Assembly (NCBI GenBank): GCA_963664195.1
Contig: OY760907.1
Span: forward strand, 960,001-1,024,000
Source: an uncultured candidate division Zixibacteria bacterium
Lineage (GTDB): Bacteria; Zixibacteria; MSB-5A5; GN15; FEB-12
Reading direction: 5' to 3'
DNA: 64,000 nt
The notes beneath the pieces were generated by a model. It was given only the letters and a program-made list of their open reading frames with translations, was not told the origin of the DNA and made no database searches. Numbering within the stretch: the first letter of the stretch is position 1; every line of letters begins with the position of its first letter. The position numbers were made by a program, and so were the translations under genes. Below are positions 19,454 to 30,351 of this stretch, in pieces.

Positions 19454-20586
19454 GAATACTACAATCGCGCATATTCAAGTATACACTGCCGTTCAGAAAA
19501 CCGCTGAAATTGGCCAAAGCCGAAATGCGCGAACGCGAAGGCCTTCTGATAAAACTGATCGGCTCCGAATGCAACACCGACGGGTCCGACGAGGACTGCG
19601 GAGTCGCCGCGTGGGGTGAGATCGCGCCACTCCCCGGTTTCTCCCGTGAGACCGTCGATGAGTCACTCAATCAACTGAAACGAACTCTCATCAAACTGCA
19701 GCAAGACCCGTTGCCGCCGGAACTCCACAGACTGGAGGGCGGCTTTGAGAATTGGCTGGGCCGGTTTAACCTCCTTCCCGCCGTTCGCCACGGTATCGAA
19801 ATGGCCGTGCTCTCCTTGCTCGCCAACGGCGGCGGCATTTCCATGGCCCGTCTTCTGTCGCCGCAGCCAATGATGACAATCAGCATCAACGGCCTCATCA
19901 CCGGCTGTGCCGATGAGGTCAGCGAGCGAGCAAGACACTACCAGCGGGATGGATATCGCGCCGTGAAGCTTAAAGTCGGGGGGTTGCCGCTGGAAGAAGC
20001 TGTCGCTCGCACCAAGAGTGTCTTCCGCGAGCTCGACAGCCGCGCTAAGCTCAGGCTCGATGCTAACCGGGCCTGGACTCTTGAGCAGGCCCTGCAATTC
20101 GCTGAGGCTATTCGTGACTGCGAAATCGAATACATAGAGGAACCGGCGCGGGACCTCAGTGATGTCAACGAATTCGTTTCTCGTACGATCTCTCGCTTTC
20201 CGGTCGCACTCGATGAATCTCTTGTAGACATAGAACCACACCAACTCGCCGAGTTTTCGCAGGTCAGCGCACTGATTCTCAAACCGACCATTTTGGGTGG
20301 ATTTGAAAGGACGGCGGCTTTCGCGCGAGCTGGAAAGGAGCTCGGAATGAAGGCAGTGATCTCGTCATCGTTTGAAAGCTCGCTTGGAATCGCCGCACTC
20401 GGATCGCTCGCCGCCGCCTACGGCAGCCCCGACAGCCCGGTAGGACTTGACACGACAAACTGGTTTGCGAGCGACTTGCTCGCCGAACCAATCGCCGTTG
20501 TCAACGGTGCCATGCGGGTGGAGCAACTCGCCCGCGCCGCCGTCAGGATTGATACCACTCGTATGACCGAGGTGCCTTTTGGCTGA
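19450..20586 (+). CDS. menC: o-Succinylbenzoate synthase
   Basis: GEIAPLPGFS, KLKVG, LRLDANRAW, YIEEP and ALDES motifs. Confidence 0.93.
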   Translation: MRILQSRIFKYTLPFRKPLKLAKAEMREREGLLIKLIGSECNTDGSDEDCGVAAWGEIAPLPGFSRETVDESLNQLKRTLIKLQQDPLPPELHRLEGGFENWLGRFNLLPAVRHGIEMAVLSLLANGGGISMARLLSPQPMMTISINGLITGCADEVSERARHYQRDGYRAVKLKVGGLPLEEAVARTKSVFRELDSRAKLRLDANRAWTLEQALQFAEAIRDCEIEYIEEPARDLSDVNEFVSRTISRFPVALDESLVDIEPHQLAEFSQVSALILKPTILGGFERTAAFARAGKELGMKAVISSSFESSLGIAALGSLAAAYGSPDSPVGLDTTNWFASDLLAEPIAVVNGAMRVEQLARAAVRIDTTRMTEVPFG

Positions 20587-22006
20587 ACTACGTGATCCGA
20601 TCAATGCTCTCGCCCACACCAAGGCTGTCGTGACTGACAAAGGGCGACAGCTGACGGCTTGGGAGATGCACCTGTACAGCCTCCTGGTCGTAAGAGATAT
20701 GTCGGACAACATGGGGTGCGGGATCAGATCCCAGAGCCGTATCGCCATCGTCGAGCCGAACAGACTTGAAACCGTAGTCGCGATCTGGGGAGTAATTCGA
20801 GCAGGAGGAATCGCCTGCCTGATGAACACGCGCATGCCGCCAGAAACTCTTGCCGAACAGGCAAAGATGATCGGCTGTTCAGCGCGCCTTGTGTTCCCGG
20901 ACTCCCCATATTCTGACATTCTCCCCGATCTGCCTAAGCTGTTGAGCCGACCGCTGCATCAGGATCACGGTGAGACCTACCACGGCATACAGTTCTTTGA
21001 GCCCAACCATCCCGCCACCATCATGTTCACCTCCGGCAGCTCTGCGAAACCGAAGGCGGTTCTCCACAGTTTCGGCAACCACTACTACAGCGCCCTCGGC
21101 TCGAATAAGAATATCCCGGTTGTCCCCGGTGATCGCTGGCTTGTTTCTCTGCCGCTGTATCATGTCGGCGGCCTCGCCATTCTGTTCCGATGCTGGCTCG
21201 GTGGCGCAACGGCGGTGCTGGCCGAACCGGGCGGCGACATTGTTGATCAGTTGTCCCGTAATGAGACCACCCACATCTCTCTTGTTGCCACCCAACTAAG
21301 ACGGTTGTTGCGGGCTATGAAATCCAAGGGAAGATCATTCCCTCGTCTAAAATGCGTCCTTCTCGGCGGCGGCCCCACACCCGAGCGCCTCGTGAATGAA
21401 GCAATTGACGCCGGTCTGCCGATTTACCGAAGCTACGGTCTCACCGAGATGGCCTCGCAAGTGTCCACGAGCACTCGCCCGGACGGGACCAAACGCAGGA
21501 TACTCGATTATCGTCAGGCGAAAACATCAGACGACGGCGAAATCCTCGTGCGCGGCAAAACACGATTCCTCGGGTATTATGAAAGTAATAAACTGGTCCA
21601 ACCGTTTGACCCCGAGGGCTGGTTCGCCACAGGCGACACGGGAGAAATCGACGACAACGAAGGTCTGCGTGTCACCGGTCGCACAGACAACATGTTCGTT
21701 TCCGGCGGAGAGAATATCCAACCGGAACAGATAGAATCTGTTCTGCGTGAATTGCCCGAGATCGAAGAAGCTGTTGTGGTTCCAGTCGAAGACGCCGAGT
21801 TCGGCCAACGTCCTCTTGCATTTATTTGTGGTACAACAGATTACGACTACGTGAGGTTGTCTGGTTTGCTCAGGAAAAGACTGCCCGGTTATGCCGTACC
21901 GGTCGAATTCCGACCCTGGCCGGACGGTTACCAACAACCGGGTATTAAGCCGAATCGGAAGTTCTTGAGAGAAGAGGCGGCCAGAACAAACAATCGTGAC
22001 CGTTAG
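20579..22006 (+). CDS. menE: o-Succinylbenzoate-CoA ligase
   Basis: FTSGSSAKPKAV, YGLTEMASQ, ATGD and SGGENIQPE motifs. Confidence 0.92.
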   Translation: MAELRDPINALAHTKAVVTDKGRQLTAWEMHLYSLLVVRDMSDNMGCGIRSQSRIAIVEPNRLETVVAIWGVIRAGGIACLMNTRMPPETLAEQAKMIGCSARLVFPDSPYSDILPDLPKLLSRPLHQDHGETYHGIQFFEPNHPATIMFTSGSSAKPKAVLHSFGNHYYSALGSNKNIPVVPGDRWLVSLPLYHVGGLAILFRCWLGGATAVLAEPGGDIVDQLSRNETTHISLVATQLRRLLRAMKSKGRSFPRLKCVLLGGGPTPERLVNEAIDAGLPIYRSYGLTEMASQVSTSTRPDGTKRRILDYRQAKTSDDGEILVRGKTRFLGYYESNKLVQPFDPEGWFATGDTGEIDDNEGLRVTGRTDNMFVSGGENIQPEQIESVLRELPEIEEAVVVPVEDAEFGQRPLAFICGTTDYDYVRLSGLLRKRLPGYAVPVEFRPWPDGYQQPGIKPNRKFLREEAARTNNRDR

Positions 22007-22404
22007 TCCAGAGCCTCAAGCGCATTCCTCAGCGGATTCGGAATCAGTATCTTCTCGTTTTTCGCAACATCCACACACACGTGCACCGTTTTCACCGTCG
22101 CCGCCGGCAGTTCGCCATCTTTGAGAAAACGGAAAAACAGCGTGAACGATGAGGTGGAGATATTGTCGCAGTACATCTCGACCGTCAGTTTGTCACCCAC
22201 ACCCAGCGCCTCTGTGTAATCGGCCTCCGCATGTACCAGCGGCACAATGAATTGCTTCAACCGGAGCACCTCGCCGATGTGTATGCCCTGCGATTCCAGA
22301 TATGTCTCATACGCTGCCTCGGCAATCCGAAAGTGATTGCCGAAAAAAAGCAACCCCGCAGCGTCGGTGTCGTACAGTCTTACAGTGGTATTGTAGGTAT
22401 GCAT
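22003..22404 (-). CDS. Hotdog-fold thioesterase, probable DHNA-CoA hydrolase
   Basis: DTDAAG..FF motif; convergent on menE. Confidence 0.8.
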   Translation of the reverse strand: MHTYNTTVRLYDTDAAGLLFFGNHFRIAEAAYETYLESQGIHIGEVLRLKQFIVPLVHAEADYTEALGVGDKLTVEMYCDNISTSSFTLFFRFLKDGELPAATVKTVHVCVDVAKNEKILIPNPLRNALEALD

Positions 22405-22522
22405 TAATCGTCCCGCTCAGTTGACATTTAGGGAAATATATCCGTCAATACAGGATATGCAAAGAATCAAAAACGTATTGGCGGACTTTCTGTCCGGGAC
22501 CGGTATCCTCTAAGGGAGTTTT

Positions 22523-24412
22523 ATGAAACACAACTATCTCAATCTGACAACGGTCGCTCTGTTGTTGGCCTGCGTTCTCACGGTCGGAAGCCTCTCGGTT
22601 TTTGCCGATGCCAACGCCGTTCCGCAACGCAGCGACATCAACGACCAGGACAAGTGGAAACTCGAAGACATCTATCCGACGACAGATGCCTGGGACAAGG
22701 ATTTCGCACGCATCGAGGAAAGCCTCGGCTCGTTCGATAAGTACCGCGGACACCTCGGTGACTCGCCGGACATGCTACTGGAATGCCTCCAACTCAACGA
22801 CAGCCTCGACATTATCATGGGCAAGCTGTACGTCTATGCCAATCTCAAGTTGGACGAAGACCAGCGGATCAGCGAAAGCCAGGAGACCAGCGGGCGGATC
22901 GGTGCCCTGAACTCCCGCCTCGGACAGGCGCAGTCTTTCATCGGACCGGAGATTCTCTCGATCGAGGGTGACAAGCTGCATACCTGGTTGAATGAAAAGC
23001 CGGAGCTTGACATCTATCGCTTCTACCTCGAAGACATTGTTCGCAGCAAGGAACACATTCTCTCTGAGAAGGAAGAAGCCATCCTCTCAGCTGCCGGACA
23101 GGTCACTCGCAGTGCCAGCAATATCTTCGGGATGACCAGCAACGCCGACGTCAAATGGGGCACGGTCATCGACGAAGACGGCAACGAGGTTGAACTGACT
23201 CGTGGTCGCTACGGTGTGATGCTCGAATCCCCCGACCGTCGCCTGCGGCGTGACGCCTCCAGAGTGTACGTGGAAGCCTGGAAAAAATACGAAAACACGA
23301 TGGCCGCGACTCTCGAAGCGTCAATCAAGAACGACTGGTTCTACGCCAAAACGAGGAAATACAACACGTGCCTCGAGCGTTCTCTCGACGGCGACAACAT
23401 CCCGACTTCGGTTTTCTTCAAACTGATCGAGGCCGTCAACTCTAATCTCGAGCCGCTGCATAAATGGACCGGTCTCCGCAAGCGTATCCTCGGAGTTGAC
23501 ACTCTGTATCCCTACGATCTGTCAGCTCCTCTGCTGGACCGTGAGCCAAAGAAATACACCTGGGAAGAAGCCAAAGCTACCTGTCTTGAAGGTCTGAAGC
23601 CAATGGGCAAGGACTACCTCAAGGAGTTCGAAAAGGGCTTGAGTTCCGGGTGGATCGATGTCTATGAAACTCAGGGCAAGGAATCCGGCGCCTACAACTG
23701 GGGAACCTGGGCGACTCATCCGTACATTTTGCTTAATTATAACGGCACGCAGAACAACGTCTTCACGCTGGCCCACGAAATGGGCCACGCCATGAACAGC
23801 TTCTACACCAATCGCACCGAGCCGCCGGTCTACAGCGGACACTCACTGTTTACGGCCGAGGTTGCCTCGACCGCCAACGAAGCTATCCTGATGAAGTACC
23901 TGCTGGAGAACGCTGACAATCGGGAAGACAAAATCGAGCTGCTGATTGGATATATCGAGCAGATCGTCGGCACGTTCTATACGCAAGTCATGTTCTCGGA
24001 ATTCGAACTGGCCGTGCATGACCGCATCGAACGCGGCGAGGCCCTGTCCTCAGAGTTCATGCGCAAAACCTATCGCGACATCTACGAGAAATACTGGGGT
24101 CCGGAACTGGTCATCCCCGAAGACGGCGACATGGGCTGTCTCCGTATCAGCCACTTCTACCGGCAGTATTACGTCTACCAGTACGCCACCTGCTATGCGG
24201 CCGCACAGAATCTCTCGCAGCGGATTCTCGACGACGAGCCGGGCATACATAAGAAGTACATCAAATTCCTCTCGACTGGTACGTCGGAGTACCCGGTTGA
24301 TATCCTCAAGGATGCCGGCGTTGACATGACAACTCCGGCCCCGGTCAACAGCGTGATTGATATTCTCGCCGAGTTGGTAGATGAGGTTGAGCGTCTCCTC
24401 GACGAGGGATAA
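22523..24412 (+). CDS. pepF: Oligoendopeptidase F (M3B) with signal peptide
   Basis: W.LEDIY, GKESGAY, HPYILLNY, TLAHEMGH and AEVAST motifs. Confidence 0.92.
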   Translation: MKHNYLNLTTVALLLACVLTVGSLSVFADANAVPQRSDINDQDKWKLEDIYPTTDAWDKDFARIEESLGSFDKYRGHLGDSPDMLLECLQLNDSLDIIMGKLYVYANLKLDEDQRISESQETSGRIGALNSRLGQAQSFIGPEILSIEGDKLHTWLNEKPELDIYRFYLEDIVRSKEHILSEKEEAILSAAGQVTRSASNIFGMTSNADVKWGTVIDEDGNEVELTRGRYGVMLESPDRRLRRDASRVYVEAWKKYENTMAATLEASIKNDWFYAKTRKYNTCLERSLDGDNIPTSVFFKLIEAVNSNLEPLHKWTGLRKRILGVDTLYPYDLSAPLLDREPKKYTWEEAKATCLEGLKPMGKDYLKEFEKGLSSGWIDVYETQGKESGAYNWGTWATHPYILLNYNGTQNNVFTLAHEMGHAMNSFYTNRTEPPVYSGHSLFTAEVASTANEAILMKYLLENADNREDKIELLIGYIEQIVGTFYTQVMFSEFELAVHDRIERGEALSSEFMRKTYRDIYEKYWGPELVIPEDGDMGCLRISHFYRQYYVYQYATCYAAAQNLSQRILDDEPGIHKKYIKFLSTGTSEYPVDILKDAGVDMTTPAPVNSVIDILAELVDEVERLLDEG

Positions 24413-24450
24413 GAAGGTTCTTGTTCTTTGAATAATCGTGATACGATTGT

Positions 24451-24484
24451 AACCGTCGGGGTTCCATCCCCGGCGGTTTTTTTG
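24451..24484 (+). terminator. Rho-independent terminator
   Basis: AACCGTCGGGG-TTCCAT-CCCCGGCGGTT hairpin plus a T run. Confidence 0.8.
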
Positions 24485-24508
24485 TATGCGGACCAACACC
24501 GTTGATTC

Positions 24509-24814
24509 GAGTGGCCCCTTCAAACCTGCTTTGGAGGGGAGCAAGTCCGGCCCAGGCAAGCTTGAGCAGGCCACCCAATAGGGCGTAGGCACCTCCTGGG
24601 CAGCGTTAAGCGTAGGTCAGTGTTCCGAGTGAACCGCAGGCAAACGAAAAACCCGACAACATCACGTGATAGAACACACACACCATTGCAAACTTTGTTG
24701 GATTCGAGATCACTCTTGTGCCCCGCCCAGAGCGGAACGAAGTGGAGCGTCGGGTGGGAGAACAAGTGTCGAAACTACGGGAGTTTCGACCTACGAGGAC
24801 TGCGGGCAGCCTAC
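24509..24814. repeat. Mosaic REP cluster (family A doublet, family C twice, family D)
   Basis: A doublet 24509..24576; C 24612..24663 (+) and 24767..24794 (-); D 24718..24762. The modules recur at 12857, 38505, 48496 and 54561-54698. Confidence 0.85.
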
Positions 24815-27402
24815 TCCTCCGCCTCAATCGGCACCAGCAGGAAGCTAACATCTTCAACTGCCTCACCACCGTCAATCGGTTTCACCGTAAGCTCGATCGA
24901 TTTCGGCTCTGAGCGATAGCGATAAGCCGTCAACTGATCTGAATCAACGTACGCCCGGTAATCACCCGGCAACAACCCGAGATGATAGAACTCGCCGTTG
25001 GTGAAAGTCGTCATGGTCGTGACGCTCTCGTTGGTGAGGTTCACAAAGACTACCCGGATTCCTCCGACGCCAACCACGTCGGGTCCGCGCTGTCGTTTCA
25101 CAAACCCGCTCACTTCGCCGCCCATGACCATCGGGACATCAATTGCCGTCACCATGTTCGGGTTCACGGTAATGCTGTAGTTCTCGTGCGTCGGTTTCAG
25201 CAACGGATTGTCGAGGCTGTTTTCGTCGATCTCAACTGTGTATTCATCATACGGACGAAGCCTGTCGTAATAGTACAGCCGTTCCTTGCCGTGGCGACGT
25301 CCTCCCGCTCCGCGGATTCTTGCTCGAAGGTCGGTCAGGTGTTGTTCACCGTCGTCGAATTCGCCGTTCAGATTTTCATCCAGAAACGGTCTGACAACCG
25401 CCGTTCCCAGTCCCACCGCGTTCCGGCGATCGAACAGGAGTGTACGGCGCTCGTTGTCGTACGTCACCGACCCGCTCTGCATCTGGTTCAGGGAGTAATT
25501 ACCCTGTGAATATGTCCCGCGCGTGTTGAAGGTAGCGAAATCGTTGAACAGCTTAAACGTGAGCGATATCTGGTTCGATTTCGATACGGCACTGTGTTCA
25601 AACGACACCGTCAACCGCCCGGTCTTGAATATCCGCTTCGATACCGAGACGCCGTACTTCTCCCACTCGCCACGAGTATGATTGTATTCAAGCGTAAACT
25701 GCGGCAACGCCCAATTGAAAAACCGCGTGGTGGCGAAAATCCGGCTGGAGAGATCGCTGACCGTGAGATACTGACTCTTCCTGATCCCATAGTTGCCGAA
25801 GTAGTTGAAATACACCTTTGAAACCGAACCGCTCACGCCGTAGCTCATGTTGATTCGAGAGCTGTTTTCCAGGCCGATGTACCGAATATGATATCGAAGC
25901 CCGAAATGCCGACCGCGGATCCTCAGAGGTGCGGAAGCACCAAACGTAGCCGTATATTTCTGGCCGGCAGGATTGCGGATTGCGTTCTCAGAGTAGTGAA
26001 CATACGTACCGTTGACCGTCATCAGCGAGGGACGACTGAAACTGAATCCACCGTTGACGGCGTATCCCGGAGAGAAGGAACCGTTGAGCACCAGGTCGCC
26101 ACGCGGTTGATAACTCATCTCGACAGCCGTATTCCCACCGGTTGAATCCGATGACCCCAGCGGCAACTCCGCATTAAGACCGACCGAGAGATTGCTCAAC
26201 AACCCGTAGTAACCGTTGCCCTGCACATACCGTGTGTCGGCTTCGGAGTACCGTCCGTTGCCCGCCGCGACCGAATATTCGGCAACTCCCCTCGGTACCA
26301 GATTAAACGGCACCTGCACGAATTGTTCGCGCGTCTCAATCTCTCCGTTCGGTCCGTAGAGTTTGACTTGAATCGAGGATACACCATAATTGACGTCCAG
26401 AAGGAAGTTGTACATCCCGGATTGAGAGGTCGTGGTAAAATCTACTAGCCGGTTGTTTACGTAGAGTTCAACTTCCCAACCATCGCCGGCATAATCGCTG
26501 ACTTCCACCGTCTGAAAGTGCTGTCGATTCCGTATCGGCTTGTTGGTGAATGTCACACCCTGCAGCGAGCGCGAGAATGTCCCCTGCATGAACACATTGC
26601 CGACATCTACCTGGGTCAGATACGGATTGTCCTTTACGTAGTAGTGCCAGCGGTAGTTCAACTGACTCGAATTCGGCAGTGAACTGGTATTGCCGGACAT
26701 CGACACCGACAAATCACCGCCGAGCAGCATTGCCCCCGCGCCAAGTCCGTAGTGATAAGAACGATATCCCTTCGACATGCTGGTAGACAACTGCCAGTCG
26801 GCTGCGGCACCTTTGATATACTCCCGCTGGTACGGAAGCGTCTTGACGGATTTAGTCTCGGACTGTTGCTTTCTGAGTTGCTCCTGGGCCAATCGTCGTC
26901 TGAGTTTCTGATATGCCGGAAAGGCCTCGTTGTGTGGGAGATAGATCGCCAGTTCAGAGAATTCGAACCGCATCGGCAGATTGAATATCCGGTCATACTG
27001 GTCGATCCGCAGGTATAGTTCAGTCTCCCGTGCGATATACACCGCACTGTCCAGCGCGTGTGTCTGGCCGTAACAACTCGCCTGCCGAGTATTCAAATCA
27101 ATGCGGTAGTCTTCCCCCTTGTAGAGAAACTTGCCACTGATGACATGGTTTTGGAAATCCGGCTCCACGTTGATTCCGAGCAGAGTAAAGACATCGACTA
27201 TCGGCAGATAGATGTCACGGCCGTCGTACAGGACGAAAATATCCTGGTTGAGCATACGGGGAATGGTGAAGTTGACCACGATTTCTTCGAGATATTGCTC
27301 TTGCGCGAACGAAATTGCCGGTAGCAGAGCGATTATCAGAAACACCAGAAGCAGCCACGTGAAGGGGCTGCTTTCTCTAATTCTGTTTCTGAACAAGTCC
27401 AT
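24811..27402 (-). CDS. Fimbrial usher-like outer-membrane protein
   Basis: Signal peptide and 863 aa rich in beta strands. Plug-like VELYVNNRL...YGPNGE segment; C-terminal Ig-like domains (FLDENLNGEFD, NGEFY..GLLPGDY). Confidence 0.75.
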   Translation of the reverse strand: MDLFRNRIRESSPFTWLLLVFLIIALLPAISFAQEQYLEEIVVNFTIPRMLNQDIFVLYDGRDIYLPIVDVFTLLGINVEPDFQNHVISGKFLYKGEDYRIDLNTRQASCYGQTHALDSAVYIARETELYLRIDQYDRIFNLPMRFEFSELAIYLPHNEAFPAYQKLRRRLAQEQLRKQQSETKSVKTLPYQREYIKGAAADWQLSTSMSKGYRSYHYGLGAGAMLLGGDLSVSMSGNTSSLPNSSQLNYRWHYYVKDNPYLTQVDVGNVFMQGTFSRSLQGVTFTNKPIRNRQHFQTVEVSDYAGDGWEVELYVNNRLVDFTTTSQSGMYNFLLDVNYGVSSIQVKLYGPNGEIETREQFVQVPFNLVPRGVAEYSVAAGNGRYSEADTRYVQGNGYYGLLSNLSVGLNAELPLGSSDSTGGNTAVEMSYQPRGDLVLNGSFSPGYAVNGGFSFSRPSLMTVNGTYVHYSENAIRNPAGQKYTATFGASAPLRIRGRHFGLRYHIRYIGLENSSRINMSYGVSGSVSKVYFNYFGNYGIRKSQYLTVSDLSSRIFATTRFFNWALPQFTLEYNHTRGEWEKYGVSVSKRIFKTGRLTVSFEHSAVSKSNQISLTFKLFNDFATFNTRGTYSQGNYSLNQMQSGSVTYDNERRTLLFDRRNAVGLGTAVVRPFLDENLNGEFDDGEQHLTDLRARIRGAGGRRHGKERLYYYDRLRPYDEYTVEIDENSLDNPLLKPTHENYSITVNPNMVTAIDVPMVMGGEVSGFVKRQRGPDVVGVGGIRVVFVNLTNESVTTMTTFTNGEFYHLGLLPGDYRAYVDSDQLTAYRYRSEPKSIELTVKPIDGGEAVEDVSFLLVPIEAEE

Positions 27403-27440
27403 CTGTTCGCTCTACAGGCTCGGCTGTTTACGTTACGCTA

Positions 27441-28313
27441 TCACTCCACCGCCAACAGGTATTCGACTCTGTTACCGGGTACGATTTCTGTGGAAGGCAC
27501 GTCGGTCCGACCGGTAGTGGTGATTGTCATCTCCACCTGGTAGGGGGCCACGAATCCGGAGTCCGGCACCGGGAGGTCAATCCGCCGACGAAGATCATAA
27601 TAGACGGCCACGTTCTGTGACATGGCGCAGACTTCTTTCTTCTCCGCGTCGATAAGTCTGCAACGGAGCAAGCCCAGATACGAGACATTGCCTCTGTTGG
27701 TCATGTCGATCATAACTTCGACCTTACCGTCAGTCAGATTGGCTTTCGGCTGTCCGACATCCAGCGCGGCACTCAAATCGCCCGTACGGTATTTGAGCGA
27801 AATCGCGGTCTGAATGATCGAATTGATTTTGGCGCTGATCTGCCCTTCTTCTGTGTCGGTAGGCAGGGCAGCGGCGGCACTCTGCGAACTGACAACCACC
27901 CTGGCCCAGTATTCACCGTCGGCAAGATCTTTGGGGGGATTGGCGACGAAACGTACGATCTGCTGGGCGCCGGCCGGAAGAACCAGCTTTCGCGGAAAGG
28001 CCTTGATCCAGGTAGCGGCTGAGCGCGGATCGGTAACGGCGGAGTCATCGAGTTGTACAGAGACATTACCGAGACTGTCTGACTCCGGCAGGCCGAAGCT
28101 GAACCAGACCGATACTTCCTTGGGAGTATCGCCCGGATTTCGCAGTATGATTCGGCCGGTTCGTTTCTGGTCGGAAAGAACTACGACCGTGGGCGCGATC
28201 AGGACACTTGCAAAGATTCTTCCTGCCGAGACGAGCAGCAGGATTGCTAACAAAACAGTTCCCCGCAGGGCCGCACCGCGGAACCCACGGGGAGTATTCA
28301 CGAGTCTTTTCAT
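27441..28313 (-). CDS. Periplasmic pilus chaperone (PapD-like)
   Basis: IAPTVV, FPRKLVLPAG..QIVRF, DGEYW and NRGNV motifs. Confidence 0.8.
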   Translation of the reverse strand: MKRLVNTPRGFRGAALRGTVLLAILLLVSAGRIFASVLIAPTVVVLSDQKRTGRIILRNPGDTPKEVSVWFSFGLPESDSLGNVSVQLDDSAVTDPRSAATWIKAFPRKLVLPAGAQQIVRFVANPPKDLADGEYWARVVVSSQSAAAALPTDTEEGQISAKINSIIQTAISLKYRTGDLSAALDVGQPKANLTDGKVEVMIDMTNRGNVSYLGLLRCRLIDAEKKEVCAMSQNVAVYYDLRRRIDLPVPDSGFVAPYQVEMTITTTGRTDVPSTEIVPGNRVEYLLAVE

Positions 28314-28438
28314 GGCTATGCACTTCCTATGCATTTGGTTCACTATCCTAAGTGATGCTGTCAGAGCAATTAACTACATTTCTATTGCTCGGGTCAATCT
28401 GCGCCGCACATCCAGCGACGCATGAAATTCATCGTTTC

Positions 28439-28993
28439 TTAGTTGCCGGCGTACCAACAGGTCAGGATGATTGTTCCGCTGTACGCGCCAGCAGTCTGTG
28501 CATTCCTGGCCCGAATCTTTCCACCAAGGAAAATATCAAGGTCACCCGCTGCGCCTGTGGCCTGCTCCAAAACACTGTTTGGGTCGTATATGGTGTGACC
28601 ACCGTCGGTCGGAAGCACTGCGCCGCCTGTGTTGACGTGTGCCGCGTCCGTTGCGGCGAACTCAACGATCAGCTTATCACCACCGACCTCTTCGAGGTAG
28701 GTTGGCAATAACAAGGCAACCGTCAAAGGCTGCGTGGCAGCTCCGGTGATTCTCCAGATACCGACGGCAGCGTCGGCCGTAGCCACCGCAACCATGCCAG
28801 TGTCACCCGGCACAATGTCAGCAAACGTAAGATCCTGTTCACCAACGACGGCAACCTGGGCCAGAATGTTGGTAACAGCATCGTTCGATCCGGAGGCCTG
28901 CGCCTTAACGACAGAAGTTCCGGCAAGCAGAACTACCGCAGACATAATGAGCAACACTAATGTACGCTGCTTCATCCCTGAAGTGCGATTCAT
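28439..28993 (-). CDS. DUF4402-like pilin subunit
   Basis: Signal peptide; LTFA..., LGGKI...QTAGAYSGTI...WY C-terminal strand; RBS AGAGGAG. Confidence 0.75.
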   Translation of the reverse strand: MNRTSGMKQRTLVLLIMSAVVLLAGTSVVKAQASGSNDAVTNILAQVAVVGEQDLTFADIVPGDTGMVAVATADAAVGIWRITGAATQPLTVALLLPTYLEEVGGDKLIVEFAATDAAHVNTGGAVLPTDGGHTIYDPNSVLEQATGAAGDLDIFLGGKIRARNAQTAGAYSGTIILTCWYAGN

Positions 28994-29269
28994 CTGCGAC
29001 TCCTCTCTTTTGCGAGTATATCTAAACATCATTCTATCCATATCTAGGTGTCGATCTCTTCGACTGTTTATCGTCATTATGTCTGTAATGTCGTCATCGA
29101 GTGCAATTTCTTAACAAATTCGGCGGTTTTTTTCTACAGAATTAGAGCTCAGATTGTGACCATCATTCCTTTATTGAACAGGGATTGCGGGTATTCAGGC
29201 CCCACAAATAGTCGCGCGGTATGTTTGAAATGAAAAGCAGCGACTCGGAAGAGCCACCAGCAGAAGTCG

Positions 29270-29749
29270 CTAGGTGCCCGAGGGAGAAACAGTTACGATT
29301 ATGGAGCCGGAATAAGCTCCCTGCGGTTGGGTGAATTTCGGGGAGATTGTTCCCCCCAACCAGATGGTCAGCCCCCCGGTACCGAGGGTGGCCGTGAGCG
29401 TGGTGTGCGGGTTCTGATTATTCCAGGCTGGATTGGACTGATTGCCGCCATCAGAGGAGTCAATCGCACAATCGGTAGTCGAAAAAGAAATCAACAGCAA
29501 ATCGCTATTATGTGTCAGATGAGAGGGCAGCGTAAAGTCAATCAGCACCTCTTCCCCTGCCGTCCCGGAGACAGAATACTCCGCGGCTGCCCCCGGGGTG
29601 ACCTTGGAAACTGTCTTGGGAACACCCGGGAGACCGTCGCCGAAATTCAGATCATTGACTGTGGTGACGGATTGCGCATGAACGGGAGAGACTCCCACGA
29701 TTAGCGAGAGCAGAACTGATACGGCTGCAACAATGATCGGCTTCTTCAT
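29270..29749 (-). CDS. DUF4402-like pilin subunit
   Basis: Signal peptide; DLNFG and WLGGTI.P...QPQGAYSGSI motifs. Confidence 0.75.
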   Translation of the reverse strand: MKKPIIVAAVSVLLSLIVGVSPVHAQSVTTVNDLNFGDGLPGVPKTVSKVTPGAAAEYSVSGTAGEEVLIDFTLPSHLTHNSDLLLISFSTTDCAIDSSDGGNQSNPAWNNQNPHTTLTATLGTGGLTIWLGGTISPKFTQPQGAYSGSIIVTVSPSGT

Positions 29750-29823
29750 GCTACCTTCCTGACTGTCAGCAACTTAGCCGCAATGCCAGACGGTGTCAAA
29801 TAAAACCTCACTCATGTGTGTTC

Positions 29824-30216
29824 CTAGCTTCCAGATGAAATGAGCGTAACCAAACACTCCGTGGCCCCTTCGGGCAACAGGTTGCAGATTCGGCTTTCGG
29901 TGATTAGCGGGCAGTCATCGCATTCGTCTGGAGTACAGAAAACAGGCACACCCGTGCTGCCGCCGAGCGGCTCCACCCAGACCTGTACACCCGCACTGCC
30001 GGCGGATCTGACCTGCCAGCAAGGTTCATCGACAGAACCCGCTTGGAGATGCGAGCCATCGGCACGGATCATGCCCACGGACTCCTCCACTCGAGCCGTG
30101 GCAAAAATAGTCGCTGTCGCCGTCACCCGATTAGGGTCTGCGGCATCAAGCGGCACCATAAGCACGACCAGCGAGCCGAGCAGGATGATGCTGTTTACAA
30201 CGTACGAAGCCTTCAT
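29824..30216 (-). CDS. Small secreted Cys-rich protein (possible minor or tip subunit)
   Basis: Signal peptide; ATATIFATARV N-terminal strand; six Cys; lies within the pilus operon. Confidence 0.55.
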   Translation of the reverse strand: MKASYVVNSIILLGSLVVLMVPLDAADPNRVTATATIFATARVEESVGMIRADGSHLQAGSVDEPCWQVRSAGSAGVQVWVEPLGGSTGVPVFCTPDECDDCPLITESRICNLLPEGATECLVTLISSGS

Positions 30217-30351
30217 TTCGATATCTGTAGTAAAGGTGCGAGTACATTACCAAGATATCCAAAATACGAAATCCGTCAAGAAGTCGTTTGGTCGACGCTT
30301 CCCGACCGGCCTGTTAAGGCCCGGCCCCTTTTGTTGTAAATTACGCTGCGA

